Below the pieces are notes generated by a model. The model was not told the DNA's origin. It searched no databases and saw only the letters and a list, made by a program, of their open reading frames with translations. The position numbers and the translations under genes were made by a program. A stretch of 64,000 nt of DNA from an uncultured bacterium (GTDB taxonomy: Bacteria > Zixibacteria > MSB-5A5 > GN15 > FEB-12): contig CBDVDR010000007.1 in the NCBI GenBank assembly GCA_965372795.1, forward strand, positions 64,001 through 128,000. The letters are read 5' to 3'. Below are positions 19,580 through 29,788 of this stretch, piece after piece. Numbering within the stretch: the stretch's first letter is position 1; each line of letters starts with the position of its first letter.

Positions 19580-22048
19580 ATGGCTCAGCCAAAGAAAATA
19601 AAACAGATAAAAGGTATAAAAGCTAAAGATTTATTATATCTAATTGATTATAAACCATCCGGAATTAAAACCTCAGATGATCTAAAATCACGAAAATCAA
19701 GTATTGGGCAGGAACGTGCGATTGACGCTATAAAAACCGGACTAAATGTGAAAAGTCGCGGTTATAATATATTTGTAAGCGGACCATCGGGCACCGGACG
19801 CACTTCCTCAATAAAAAGACTTCTCGAAGAACTTGAATATGAAAAACCTGAATTAGTTGATTACTGTTATGTAAATAATTTCAAAAACCCCGATCTCCCG
19901 AAACTTCTTGTTTTTAATGCTGGCGAGGGTCGCCGTTTTAAAAAAGATATGTCTTATCTGATCAATTCTTTGCGGAAAATTGTACCAAAAATATTTATGA
20001 GCGAAGATTACAAAGACCGTCAGAGTCGTATCTCCCGTGAATTTGAGGGTCGCCAGAAAGATCTGATTAAAAAATTCGAAGAGAAATTAAGTGAAGCTGG
20101 TTTTGTAATGGTTCAAATCCAATCCGGATTAGGAGTACGAAACGAAATTCAACCACTATATGAAGAGGAACCGGTTCCTTTTGAAAAACTTGAAGTTATG
20201 GTTGAAGAAGGAAATTACTCTCTTTCGCAACTTGACGAACTTCGCCGTAAATGGGATAGTTTAAGGCGCGAGTTTGATGTTACCTCAATAGAATCAAAAA
20301 AATTATCAAATAAACTTGAAGATGCCATCGAAAAATTGAACTACTCAATGGTGGCACCGCTGGTAACCGATAAAATCAATCTTCTGAGCAAAAGATACTC
20401 TTATGAAAAAGTTATCGACTATTTGAACGATGCTCAAGAAGCTCTGCTTGATGATCTTGATCGTTTTCGCGAGGCACAACCCCGGCGGGGCGAGGAAGAA
20501 CCTCCCCCATTTAGAAAACGCGAACCGTTTGAAGAGTTTAGTATAAATCTATTTTTGGATAACTCTGAAACTGATAAAGTACCAATAGTAATCGAAAAAT
20601 CGCCAACATTTAGTAAACTTTTCGGATCATTAGAACGGGTTGTCGACCGTTTTGGTTACTGGCGGACAGATTTTACGCGAATTTTTTCCGGTTCAATGGT
20701 TAAAGCCGCCGGTGGTTTTTTAATTATCAATGCTATGGATATTTTGATTGAGCCGGGAGTCTGGACTCAATTAAAAAGAACATTACTTAACGGTGAATTT
20801 GAAATGGCGGGTTCTGATCCATTTGGAATGTTTGCCGGATCAAGTATCAAACCGGAACCAATTCCGCTTAATATTAAGGTTATCTTAAAAGGTGACGCCA
20901 AAACCTTTGGTTTACTTTATCAGTTAGACGAAGATTTTAAAAAGATTTTTAAAATTAAAGCAGAATTTGATTCGGTTATGAAGATAACCAATAAAAATAT
21001 TAACAATTATTTTGAATTCATTCGAACTGTTATCGATAACGATAACCTGATGGCATTTGATTTGTCCGGAATGCAGGCGATTGTTGAATATGGAACAAAG
21101 CTAAGCGGCAAAAAAGGCAAAATTACAACTCAGTTCACCTATATCTCAGATATGGTTCGTGAAGCTAATTATTGTGCCTCAAAACGGAAAACAAAAGTTG
21201 TCAGCCGCGAAGATGTTCATTGTGCCATTAAACTGAAGCGCCGTCGTTCAAATATGGTCGAGGAGAAAATTCAAGAGCTTTATGATGAAAATGTACTAAT
21301 GGTTTCTACATCAGGCAAAGTTGTTGGCCAGATAAACGGATTAGCTGTTTATAGCCAGGGTGATTTTGCTTTTGGACGACCGACACGAATTACTGCCGCA
21401 ACATCATTAGGCAGAGCAGGCGTGATCAATATTGAACGTGAAGCAGATTTATCAGGACCAACACATAATAAAGGGATTCTGATTCTTACCGGATATCTCA
21501 GACATCTGTTTGCCCAGGATAAGCCAATGATAATGTCAGCCTCAATATCATTCGAACAATCATACAGCGGCGTCGATGGTGATTCGGCTTCATCAACAGA
21601 AATGTATGCGATCTTATCGTCCTTGTGTAATGTTCCATTAAAACAAGGCATTGCTGTAACAGGATCAGTCAATCAAAAAGGTGAAATTCAACCAATTGGC
21701 GGCGCAAATGAAAAAATCGAAGGATTTTATGACGTTTGCAAAGCAAAACGGTTGACCGGAACTCAGGGCGTGATGATCCCTCATCAAAATGTAAATGATT
21801 TGTTATTACGGCCTGATGTGATTGATGCTATCAAAGCTGGAAGTTTTCATATCTATCCTGTGAAAACGATTAATGAAGGAATAGAAATACTCACCGACAT
21901 TCCCGCCGGGAAAAAACTTGCCAATGGTAAATTTACCAAGGGAAGTTTGATGGAAATGGTTGATGATAAACTTCGTGAGATGGCTTTAGCCTTTCAAAAT
22001 TTCGGACGAGATACTAAAACAAAAAACAATAACAACAACGATAAATAA
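19580..22048 (+). CDS. Lon-family protease, LonC/LonB-like (AAA_32 plus Lon_C)
   Basis: GGAGG RBS before ATG 19580; GQERA, GPSGTGRT, GQINGL, DGDSAS Ser and GGANEK Lys dyad. Confidence 0.9.
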   Translation: MAQPKKIKQIKGIKAKDLLYLIDYKPSGIKTSDDLKSRKSSIGQERAIDAIKTGLNVKSRGYNIFVSGPSGTGRTSSIKRLLEELEYEKPELVDYCYVNNFKNPDLPKLLVFNAGEGRRFKKDMSYLINSLRKIVPKIFMSEDYKDRQSRISREFEGRQKDLIKKFEEKLSEAGFVMVQIQSGLGVRNEIQPLYEEEPVPFEKLEVMVEEGNYSLSQLDELRRKWDSLRREFDVTSIESKKLSNKLEDAIEKLNYSMVAPLVTDKINLLSKRYSYEKVIDYLNDAQEALLDDLDRFREAQPRRGEEEPPPFRKREPFEEFSINLFLDNSETDKVPIVIEKSPTFSKLFGSLERVVDRFGYWRTDFTRIFSGSMVKAAGGFLIINAMDILIEPGVWTQLKRTLLNGEFEMAGSDPFGMFAGSSIKPEPIPLNIKVILKGDAKTFGLLYQLDEDFKKIFKIKAEFDSVMKITNKNINNYFEFIRTVIDNDNLMAFDLSGMQAIVEYGTKLSGKKGKITTQFTYISDMVREANYCASKRKTKVVSREDVHCAIKLKRRRSNMVEEKIQELYDENVLMVSTSGKVVGQINGLAVYSQGDFAFGRPTRITAATSLGRAGVINIEREADLSGPTHNKGILILTGYLRHLFAQDKPMIMSASISFEQSYSGVDGDSASSTEMYAILSSLCNVPLKQGIAVTGSVNQKGEIQPIGGANEKIEGFYDVCKAKRLTGTQGVMIPHQNVNDLLLRPDVIDAIKAGSFHIYPVKTINEGIEILTDIPAGKKLANGKFTKGSLMEMVDDKLREMALAFQNFGRDTKTKNNNNNDK

Positions 22049-22056
22049 CAAAAATT

Positions 22057-22090
22057 TGATGCATGTATGATTCGAATCATGCATGCATCA
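22057..22090. repeat. 34-bp near-perfect palindrome
   Basis: TGATGCATGTATGATTCGAATCATGCATGCATCA, one mismatch. Confidence 0.8.
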
Positions 22091-22247
22091 TTCGTTCACG
22101 ATCAATTTTTTCTAATCATTCATTCAAAATTATAAAAACTGATTAAATTTTATTTTTAAATAATAAAGTTTTATTAATGTTTTTTCTTGACATAATTTTA
22201 AAAAAGGCTTTTTTTTTGATGAACAAACAAAACATGGAGGATGTTCA

Positions 22248-22559
22248 ATGCGCAAAGCTAAAAAAACCACAAAGAGAAAAGTCGCCAAGAAAAAAGTGGT
22301 AAAGAAAAAAGTTGCTAAAAAGAAAGTAGCGAAGAAAAAAGTCGCTAAGAAAAAAGTAGCAAAGAAGAAAGTAGCCAAGAGAAAAGTTGCTAAAAAGAAA
22401 GTCGTGAAGAAAAAAGTAGCCAAGAAAAAAGTCGCTAAGAAAAAGGTTGCTAAGAAGAAAAAAACTAAATGCGCTGGCAAAACCAAAGCCGGTAAAGCTT
22501 GTAAACGCTTCACTGACGGTAGAGGGAAATTCTGCTCGGTTCATAAAAAGAAAAGATAA
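22248..22559 (+). CDS. Histone H1-like lysine-rich repeat protein with C-terminal CCCH motif
   Basis: GGAGG RBS; 12 x K(K/R)KV(A/V); C-terminal CAGKTKAGKAC...FCSVH; followed by a terminator. Confidence 0.85.
   Translation: MRKAKKTTKRKVAKKKVVKKKVAKKKVAKKKVAKKKVAKKKVAKRKVAKKKVVKKKVAKKKVAKKKVAKKKKTKCAGKTKAGKACKRFTDGRGKFCSVHKKKR
22272..22451 (+). repeat. Coding 15-bp tandem repeat x12
   Basis: Degenerate AARAARAARGTNGYN units. Confidence 0.9.
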
Positions 22560-22573
22560 ATTATCTTTTAAAT

Positions 22574-22606
22574 AAAAAACGCAGTCTTAAAGACTGCGTT
22601 TTTTTT
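22574..22606. terminator. Bidirectional terminator
   Basis: A6-CGCAGTCT-TAA-AGACTGCG-T8. Confidence 0.9.
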
Positions 22607-22629
22607 GCTTTAAATTTAAATATCAAATT

Positions 22630-25600
22630 TTAGAAATCAGCCCCAAGCGAGAAATAGTAGGTCGGCTTAGCCGATATTTGAGCAAAATCAGTTGCCCAGG
22701 CTAAGTCATATCTCAGTAATAAAAAGCCAAGATTGGCTCTCATTCCAAAGCCAAAACCTGTTTTAATGTCCTGAAGCCGCTTTTCTCCACCTTCGGAAGT
22801 CCCACCTTTAAATCGGTTTTTAAACCAGGCAGCACCAATATCTGAAAAAATTGCGCCCTGCACCCGACTGATAATCAAAGGCAGAGGGAATCGCATGGCA
22901 AAATAATCAATCATTGGAAAGCGAAATTCCATGTTTATTAGGCCGTACCGGGTTCCGTTTATCCCATAATATGGCAAACCCCGCATCGGCGTAATTATAT
23001 CAGCAAAATAAAGATTTTCAACTTCATACACCGAGGCATCAAGGGTTCGATTACCAATCCAGTTAGTTGTACCGCCAAGGAAATATAATTTAGGAGTTTT
23101 TCCTGAAGAGGCTCCACCGGAAACTCGGAACGCAAACGAATATGTTTTATTAAAATGCCAATATTTTCTATAATCCACTTCTAATGAATTGTAGTCAATG
23201 TCATTTGAATCAAAAAGATTTATTCCTTTTGAGAGAGAGATTTTTGCTCGTCTTCCATTTACCGGACCAGTAATCCCCCAGATTATATTATCAGTAACGT
23301 AAGAAAAGTTACCTGTGAAAACTTTCGAGTTCCGGTCAGACCTATTATCAACAATATCGTAATATTGGCGATCTATGAAGGAATGTGTGGCACTCATCTC
23401 AAGACGGCTGAAAATTGAATAAGGTCGGCTGGCAAAGAATTGTAAGCCGTAAAACCTGTCAGAAAATAGAAAATCGTTGGCGTCAATATAGAAATTTTTC
23501 GAATGAAAAATGCCAAACCCTAATCTGGTTCTCTTTTTATTGTTAAAATAATAAACCTGGATATTCGATTGATCAATCGTATTGACTAAATCTGTGGCGA
23601 GATAAAATTGATGATTACCAAGGTAATCTGAGAAAACAAAATATGATTGACCTCTTAATCCAAAGAATGTGTCATAAGAAAAACCACCTCCGACATAGTC
23701 TGGTGTAAATTTAACCTTATATTCGTTAATCTCATATTCACCATTAGTAAGAAGTCCGGGAATTGAATCAAATGACGTTGGTTCTTCAAGAGGTATATCT
23801 AAGCCCGATTCATCTTCCTCCCGGGCAATATCTCTCATTAAAGAATCAAGAGGACTTTTTTTATCATCGCTGACAAAAACAAACTCATCGTCATAAATTC
23901 CGGTTGATCGGACCGTTTTTTCATCTTCAGGATCAGAATTTTCTTTTTCAGATGAAGTTGTCGTATCGGATACTTGAGCCAGCTCAACCGCTGTTGAGTC
24001 AGATTCAGAGTCTGCTACGGTTTCTTTAGCAGGTTTTTGGATTGTTGTATCTTTGGCTTTATGTTTAGCGAGGATATTATTGGGATCTTCTTTTTTCAAA
24101 AGGTCATATTCCCCGGTAACAAAGTCAGATAATGTCAGAACGCCATTTTCACCAACGGGTACTAATTCTTCAAGCATAAAGATATCAAAAGCGCCCTGAT
24201 GAAATGATGAGAACGCAATATTATCACCATCAGGCGACCAGCTAATCGAACTTACTCCGGTAAGAATATCCGTCAGACTATAATATTGAACGGTATCCAA
24301 AAATCCGATATAGATGTTATCAATTCCATTTCTATTAGATATAAAAGCAACTTTTTTTCCATCCGGCGATACTCTTGGATATTTATTGTCACCGGCACCA
24401 ACATCTAACGGCTTGACTTCTTTATCAGCAAAATCTACTCGAAAGAGATTGTATTTCCCATAATTAAAATCTCCCGGCAGAAGAGCGCCTTTATCGACAT
24501 AAATATTTTCTTTATCATAAATTTGATTTGTCTGAGGATGTGATCGATCAGATGAGAAGATGAGTCCATCGGAACCTTTCAGCCAAGTGGGAGTCACATC
24601 ATCAAATCTATCTTCAGTTATCTGGATAACATCATCATTATCTACATTATATACAAACAGATTTCTTGTATTTCCTTTAAGTGCTGAAAAGGCAATTTTG
24701 ATTCCATCAGGCGACCATACCGGTGAAATAATGTTGTAATAATCGAATCTTTTTTTAAGATAAGTTTTCTTTTTTTTAACATTGTAAAAAAACAGAGCTT
24801 CTTTACCTTCTGATTTTGCAACAAACACCAGACTTCGGCCATCAGGTGAGAAAGAAATTCCTGAGACATAGGAATGAAGCGATTCTAAATCTCCCGTTCG
24901 CTGAGATTTTACGAGCCTCTCGACATGGGTTCCGTTTTCAGAAGAGATCAAAACAATCTCAGTATAATCTGATTTGTCAGTAAAAATTGCCAGATGATCA
25001 CCATCAGGAGTGAATTCCGGTTTTTCATTAAAATAAGATCCGTCTTCACGGGCATGAGTAAGTTGTTTGGCTATTTCATCAGTTTCTTTTCGCTTGGCAA
25101 TTTCAGGCCAGTACCGGCGTTTCATCTCTTTTGAAAAATCTTTCCAGAAATCTTTCATCGTTATTCCAAGAGCATATTTCATCGCCTTATTCATGGTTAG
25201 ATGAATTTTACCCTTCATTAATATTTTGCCGAGTTTTTCCTCTCCATATTTTTCGGCAATATATTTAACCATTGCCTGCCCCTGCTTATAGGCGAGGAAA
25301 CCTCCCAGATATTCCGGTGGCGCCAGATATCCGTTGATCGTGGCATCGCGTACGAACATATCAGAATTATAATCCCAGCCATGCCGTGAGGAATATTCGG
25401 CGTAACCTTCGGCAAACCATAAAGGCAGGGCAAACAGCCTTTGTCTTGATAAAAGAGATGAAAAAACATTTCCATACACCATATCATAAATAACAGCATG
25501 GGTTAATTCATGATGAAGGACATGCCTTAAAACTTCATAAGAACCAGTAAACGGAATAACTATTCGGTTTTTGAAGGCTTCGGTAAAACCTCCGGTACCT

Positions 25601-25920
25601 TCACCGATAAGAGAAGAAATAATATTTGTTTGTTGGAAGTCATTATGAGAATTGTAAAGAAAGACCGGTATTCTTTTTTGAATTTTGTAGTTTAATTCAC
25701 GGGTGACCTCTACATAAGCCGACTCAAGAACAGTTGCCGTAAACTTTGCTGTCGGGTAGGCACTTTCGTAGAAATGAATATCAAAGTGACGGGTTTGGAT
25801 ATAATCCCAATCGAAATCTTTATATCTAACCTTGTTTTTCCCAAAATATGTTTCCTGAGCGTAAACATCAACTATTAGCAAAGTGAGGATTATAAAAATA
25901 AAAAGAAATGTTTTCCTCAT
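22630..25920 (-). CDS. Omp85/BamA-TamA family outer membrane protein with N-terminal HExxH peptidase domain and PD40/TolB beta-propeller
   Basis: Signal peptide; HELTH...WFAEGYAEY; repeated WSPDG; acidic linker; barrel with MRG, EFRFP, FSDIG, C-terminal SLGADF. Confidence 0.85.
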   Translation of the reverse strand: MRKTFLFIFIILTLLIVDVYAQETYFGKNKVRYKDFDWDYIQTRHFDIHFYESAYPTAKFTATVLESAYVEVTRELNYKIQKRIPVFLYNSHNDFQQTNIISSLIGEGTGGFTEAFKNRIVIPFTGSYEVLRHVLHHELTHAVIYDMVYGNVFSSLLSRQRLFALPLWFAEGYAEYSSRHGWDYNSDMFVRDATINGYLAPPEYLGGFLAYKQGQAMVKYIAEKYGEEKLGKILMKGKIHLTMNKAMKYALGITMKDFWKDFSKEMKRRYWPEIAKRKETDEIAKQLTHAREDGSYFNEKPEFTPDGDHLAIFTDKSDYTEIVLISSENGTHVERLVKSQRTGDLESLHSYVSGISFSPDGRSLVFVAKSEGKEALFFYNVKKKKTYLKKRFDYYNIISPVWSPDGIKIAFSALKGNTRNLFVYNVDNDDVIQITEDRFDDVTPTWLKGSDGLIFSSDRSHPQTNQIYDKENIYVDKGALLPGDFNYGKYNLFRVDFADKEVKPLDVGAGDNKYPRVSPDGKKVAFISNRNGIDNIYIGFLDTVQYYSLTDILTGVSSISWSPDGDNIAFSSFHQGAFDIFMLEELVPVGENGVLTLSDFVTGEYDLLKKEDPNNILAKHKAKDTTIQKPAKETVADSESDSTAVELAQVSDTTTSSEKENSDPEDEKTVRSTGIYDDEFVFVSDDKKSPLDSLMRDIAREEDESGLDIPLEEPTSFDSIPGLLTNGEYEINEYKVKFTPDYVGGGFSYDTFFGLRGQSYFVFSDYLGNHQFYLATDLVNTIDQSNIQVYYFNNKKRTRLGFGIFHSKNFYIDANDFLFSDRFYGLQFFASRPYSIFSRLEMSATHSFIDRQYYDIVDNRSDRNSKVFTGNFSYVTDNIIWGITGPVNGRRAKISLSKGINLFDSNDIDYNSLEVDYRKYWHFNKTYSFAFRVSGGASSGKTPKLYFLGGTTNWIGNRTLDASVYEVENLYFADIITPMRGLPYYGINGTRYGLINMEFRFPMIDYFAMRFPLPLIISRVQGAIFSDIGAAWFKNRFKGGTSEGGEKRLQDIKTGFGFGMRANLGFLLLRYDLAWATDFAQISAKPTYYFSLGADF

Positions 25921-26017
25921 TTTGAATCACCAACCTTTTCTTAAAAAAAATTATTTTATAAATAACGGATAAAAGTCCCGAACCATTTTCAATATTTAGT
26001 CTCTCAGATAAAATCTG

Positions 26018-27289
26018 TTATTCTTTTACTCTAATTATATCGGCTCCAAGGCTGACTAACTTGTCTTCTAATTTACTATAGCCACGATCGACATGATAGA
26101 CTCTAAGTACTTCAGACTTTCCTTTTGCAGCAAGACAGGCAACAACAAGTCCAGCCCCAGCTCTAATATCCGGTGCCATAACTTCTGCTCCAATCAGATT
26201 ATCAACTCCCGCAATAACCGCTTTTCCTTCAGCCACGGTTATATCGGCACCTAATCTTCGAAGTTCCATTGCGTGAACAAACCTATCTACAAAAACAGTT
26301 TCAGTGATGTAAGAAGTTCCCGAAGCGACCGTTGTAGCCGCCATTAAACAAGCTTGTAGATCAGTTGGGAATCCGGGATATGGGAATGTCGTTGTGGTTA
26401 AAGAAGATAACTTTTTTAATTTTTCCGGTGCCGATATAGTTAATCCAGATTTAGATATCTGAATATCGCATCCCATTTCAATTAATTTATGGTTTACAAC
26501 CGTTAATGTACTGGGATCAATTCCTGTCAAAGTAATGTTTCCGCCTGTAATCGCAGTCGCAAACATATATGTTCCAGCGACTAATCGATCACCAGAGACA
26601 GCATATTCCACTGGATTAAGTGTCTTAACCGGTTCAATAACGATATTTGGACTTCCGGCTCCTCTAATTTTTGCTCCGGCTAAATTCAAAAAATTTGCAA
26701 CATCAATAATTTCCGGATCACAAGCTGCATTAGTTATATAGGTTGGTTTTCTGGCAAAAACTGCACCGAACAATATATTTTCCGTTCCAGTATGAGAAGG
26801 TCGATCAAAATAGATTGATCCTCCTTGCAAAGGATTTGCTTTTGCAGTAACATAACCTCCCGATTCTTCGATTGTAGCACCCATGCTTGCAAAAGCTTTA
26901 ATATGAAAATCTACCGGACGTGATCCCAGCGAACATCCACCCGGCAGAGAGACTTTGGCTTCTCCCAGTCTTGATAAAAGTGGTCCCAGCACTAAGAAAG
27001 AAGCCCGCATTTGACGCATAAGCTCATACGGAGCCGTATTTTGAATGATATTCTCGGCATTTATTCTCATGATCCCCGATTCCGGATCATAAGAGATTTT
27101 TGCCCCGAGATATTCCATGACTTTAATGACAGTGTTGATGTCTCTCAAAGGAGGTACATTTTTTACAACTGTCTCCCCTTTATCAACAAGTAACGCCGCT
27201 ACTATTATCGGTAGCGCAGCATTTTTTGAACCATCAACTTGAATCGTTCCCTTTAAGGGCTTCCCGCCGTTTATAATAAACTTATCCAT
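26018..27289 (-). CDS. murA: UDP-N-acetylglucosamine 1-carboxyvinyltransferase
   Basis: GSKNAALP, MRAS, LPGGC..G.RP, PGFPTDLQ, DRGY. Confidence 0.97.
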   Translation of the reverse strand: MDKFIINGGKPLKGTIQVDGSKNAALPIIVAALLVDKGETVVKNVPPLRDINTVIKVMEYLGAKISYDPESGIMRINAENIIQNTAPYELMRQMRASFLVLGPLLSRLGEAKVSLPGGCSLGSRPVDFHIKAFASMGATIEESGGYVTAKANPLQGGSIYFDRPSHTGTENILFGAVFARKPTYITNAACDPEIIDVANFLNLAGAKIRGAGSPNIVIEPVKTLNPVEYAVSGDRLVAGTYMFATAITGGNITLTGIDPSTLTVVNHKLIEMGCDIQISKSGLTISAPEKLKKLSSLTTTTFPYPGFPTDLQACLMAATTVASGTSYITETVFVDRFVHAMELRRLGADITVAEGKAVIAGVDNLIGAEVMAPDIRAGAGLVVACLAAKGKSEVLRVYHVDRGYSKLEDKLVSLGADIIRVKE

Positions 27290-27442
27290 TAAGTATCCTC
27301 ATTAATTAGACTCTAACTAATAGTGAAAAGATTAATAATTTCTTTCAAAAACAGATTATAATTTCTTGAGATTTAATTTCTATGAAAATTGGTTAAAAAG
27401 AAAGTTTTAACAATAAATTTACAGAAAAAAGGGGTATTAAGA

Positions 27443-28000
27443 TTAGAATTCGATCTGAGTTTCTTTCTCTTTTTCAGTTTCACTTAAACTTGTCCGAACC
27501 CGATCAAAAAAATCAATTGCTTCCGGATCACAATAATCCGGCATTGTCCAGGGTAATTGACGATAGGTGCCGCGGGAATAAATCAGAGCAATTTCAACGA
27601 AAACTCCGTCTTTAAAATAGATATTGCAATTACTCTCTCTATGAGAAGTTATCACAACATTATCAGCAGTTATAATACAAGGATCAATATTAACTGTGCG
27701 AAACAAAAAGTCCCCGACTTTGTCAGCAAAATTAGGTTCTATTTTAAAACATGTGTCCTTTAATTCAACCAGAGAACTCCTGCTAACCGGTTTCTCAAAT
27801 GAGATAAATCGGCGAAGAAGATTTTCACCCATTTCTTCACGATACTCTTGAGCCTGAGAAGTTTCGATCTCCATGGTTTCAAATTCTACCGGACCGAATT
27901 TTTTCTCAAGAGCACTGACAGCATCTGCTAAGGCATCCATAGATGAATATATAAGAGAAACTACCAGCTTCCCGTTTGATGGTATTTGTTTTCGAGCCAT
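27443..28000 (-). CDS. DUF4416 family protein
   Basis: Y..EMG..L.R.F..F, RTVNIDP, LPWT.PDY motifs. Confidence 0.75.
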   Translation of the reverse strand: MARKQIPSNGKLVVSLIYSSMDALADAVSALEKKFGPVEFETMEIETSQAQEYREEMGENLLRRFISFEKPVSRSSLVELKDTCFKIEPNFADKVGDFLFRTVNIDPCIITADNVVITSHRESNCNIYFKDGVFVEIALIYSRGTYRQLPWTMPDYCDPEAIDFFDRVRTSLSETEKEKETQIEF

Positions 28001-28080
28001 AAATTATAATGCTATGAAAAGTAGTAAGAAATCAACAAAAACTGTTGATAGTCGACAGTTTTCAAGCCATCAGATATTTC

Positions 28081-29619
28081 TTACAACCACAGCTTCCGAT
28101 CCAAAGTTCTATACTGTACCGCCTCGGCTACATGCCCCAATTGGATATTCTCAGATCCTTCAATATCCGCAATAGTACGGGAAACTTTCAAAATTCTGTC
28201 ATACGCCCTAGCCGATAAGCCTTGTTTTGTTATCGCCAAAGATAACAGTGATTGCGATTTATCATCAATTTTACAGTATTTTCTCGTATCTCGTGATTCC
28301 ATGTGAGCATTACAGAAAATATTTTCTTCATTCTTAAATCGTTCGATTTGAAATTTCCGACTATCATTAACCCTTTTTCGTATAGCAATTGAATTTTCAC
28401 CAGATGTTTCTGAAGATAATTCTTTAAATTTAACTGATGGAACTGTGATATGGATATCAATTCTATCCATCAATGGACCCGAAATTCGTGACATATAGCG
28501 TTGAATTTCAGAGGTCGAGCAATTGCATTCATGTTTCTGGTCACCATAATATCCACAAGGGCAGGGATTCATTGCGGAAATCAACATAAATCCCGCCGGA
28601 TAAGTCAGAGTTGTTAAAGCTCGAGAAATTGTAACACTGTTATCCTCCATTGGTTGTCTTAACATCTCCAGAATATCCTTTTTAAATTCTGGTAATTCAT
28701 CAAGAAACAAAACTCCATGATGAGCTACTGAAACTTCTCCCGGTTTTGGAATTGTCCCTCCTCCAATGAGACCAGCATAAGAAATCGTGTGATGAGGAGA
28801 TCGAAACGGTCTGGTAGCTATCAAAGCGGTATCAGATGGCAATCGACCGGCAACCGAATGTATTTTAGTAGTTTCAAGAGCCTCTTTAATAGACATATCA
28901 GGCAAAATACTTGGCATTCTTCTGGCAAGCATCGTTTTCCCCGACCCGGGGGGACCCACCATGATAATATTATGTCCTCCTGCGGCAGCAACTTCGAGAG
29001 CCCGTTTTGCAGATTCCTGACCTTTCACATCAGAAAAATCTGTCATATATTTACGCGCCTGTTCAAAAACTTCAGAAATATTAATTTTATATGGTTTCAA
29101 ACTTGTTTCATCTTCTAAAAAATGAATCGCTTCCTGTAATGAGCTAACCGGATATACGGGGACTGTATCAGCCATCGCCGCTTCTTTGGCATTTTGTTTG
29201 GGTACAATCATCCCTTTAATCCCATTTTCTTCTTTAAAATTCATTGCCATAGGAAGAATCCCGGGTACAGGTCGAAGAGAACCATCAAGCGACAGCTCAC
29301 CTAATATTACAAAATCGTCACATCGGTCCCGAAGAATTTGTCCGGTTGCCGAAAGGATTCCTACCGCAATCGGCAAGTCAAAAGCCGAACCTTCCTTTTT
29401 AATATCCGCCGGAGCTAGATTGATCGTTACTCTTTTTGCCGGAAACATAAAATCTGAATTTTTAATTGCAGCCGTCACTCGTTCTTTAGATTCGCGTACA
29501 GCCCCATCGGGAAGTCCAACAGTCACAAAAGCCGGCAGTTGCTGCTGAATATCAGCCTCAACTTGAACAGTATATGCATCAACTCCAAGGGTTGCGGCAG
29601 AAATAATTTTTGATAACAT
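28081..29619 (-). CDS. comM: YifB/ComM family Mg-chelatase-like AAA+ ATPase
   Basis: VGLPD, NLAPAD..KEG..FDLPIA, GPPGSGKT, RSPHH, LFLDE, NPCPCG, ISGPLMDRID. Confidence 0.95.
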   Translation of the reverse strand: MLSKIISAATLGVDAYTVQVEADIQQQLPAFVTVGLPDGAVRESKERVTAAIKNSDFMFPAKRVTINLAPADIKKEGSAFDLPIAVGILSATGQILRDRCDDFVILGELSLDGSLRPVPGILPMAMNFKEENGIKGMIVPKQNAKEAAMADTVPVYPVSSLQEAIHFLEDETSLKPYKINISEVFEQARKYMTDFSDVKGQESAKRALEVAAAGGHNIIMVGPPGSGKTMLARRMPSILPDMSIKEALETTKIHSVAGRLPSDTALIATRPFRSPHHTISYAGLIGGGTIPKPGEVSVAHHGVLFLDELPEFKKDILEMLRQPMEDNSVTISRALTTLTYPAGFMLISAMNPCPCGYYGDQKHECNCSTSEIQRYMSRISGPLMDRIDIHITVPSVKFKELSSETSGENSIAIRKRVNDSRKFQIERFKNEENIFCNAHMESRDTRKYCKIDDKSQSLLSLAITKQGLSARAYDRILKVSRTIADIEGSENIQLGHVAEAVQYRTLDRKLWL

Positions 29620-29643
29620 TTTTTCCTTCCTCAGATTAAATTA

Positions 29644-29701
29644 ACCGCCGGCTCCGCCCTTGGACCCCCCTCATCTCTGTCTCAGACATAGAGCCAGCGG
29701 T
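29644..29701 (-). promoter_or_regulatory. GC-rich structured element in the comM leader
   Basis: 12-bp stem ACCGCTGGCTCT/GGAGCCGGCGGT with two G.U pairs on the sense strand, enclosing a small hairpin. Confidence 0.45.
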
Positions 29702-29788
29702 AATCGTAATCCATTACCGAATTGGTATTATGTTTCTATTTTCTAAGATGAATTGAGGCACTGACAGGGGACGTCAGTTTTTATATAT

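Noticed and set aside
22272..22451. Possible CRISPR array
   Set aside because: Contiguous 15-bp coding repeats with no spacers and no cas genes.
22130..22544. Phe/Leu-rich minus-strand ORFs (FFLAT repeats)
   Set aside because: Antisense shadows of the lysine-repeat gene, which has the RBS and terminator.
26018..27289. Fosfomycin-resistant MurA
   Set aside because: The active-site Cys (LPGGC) is retained.
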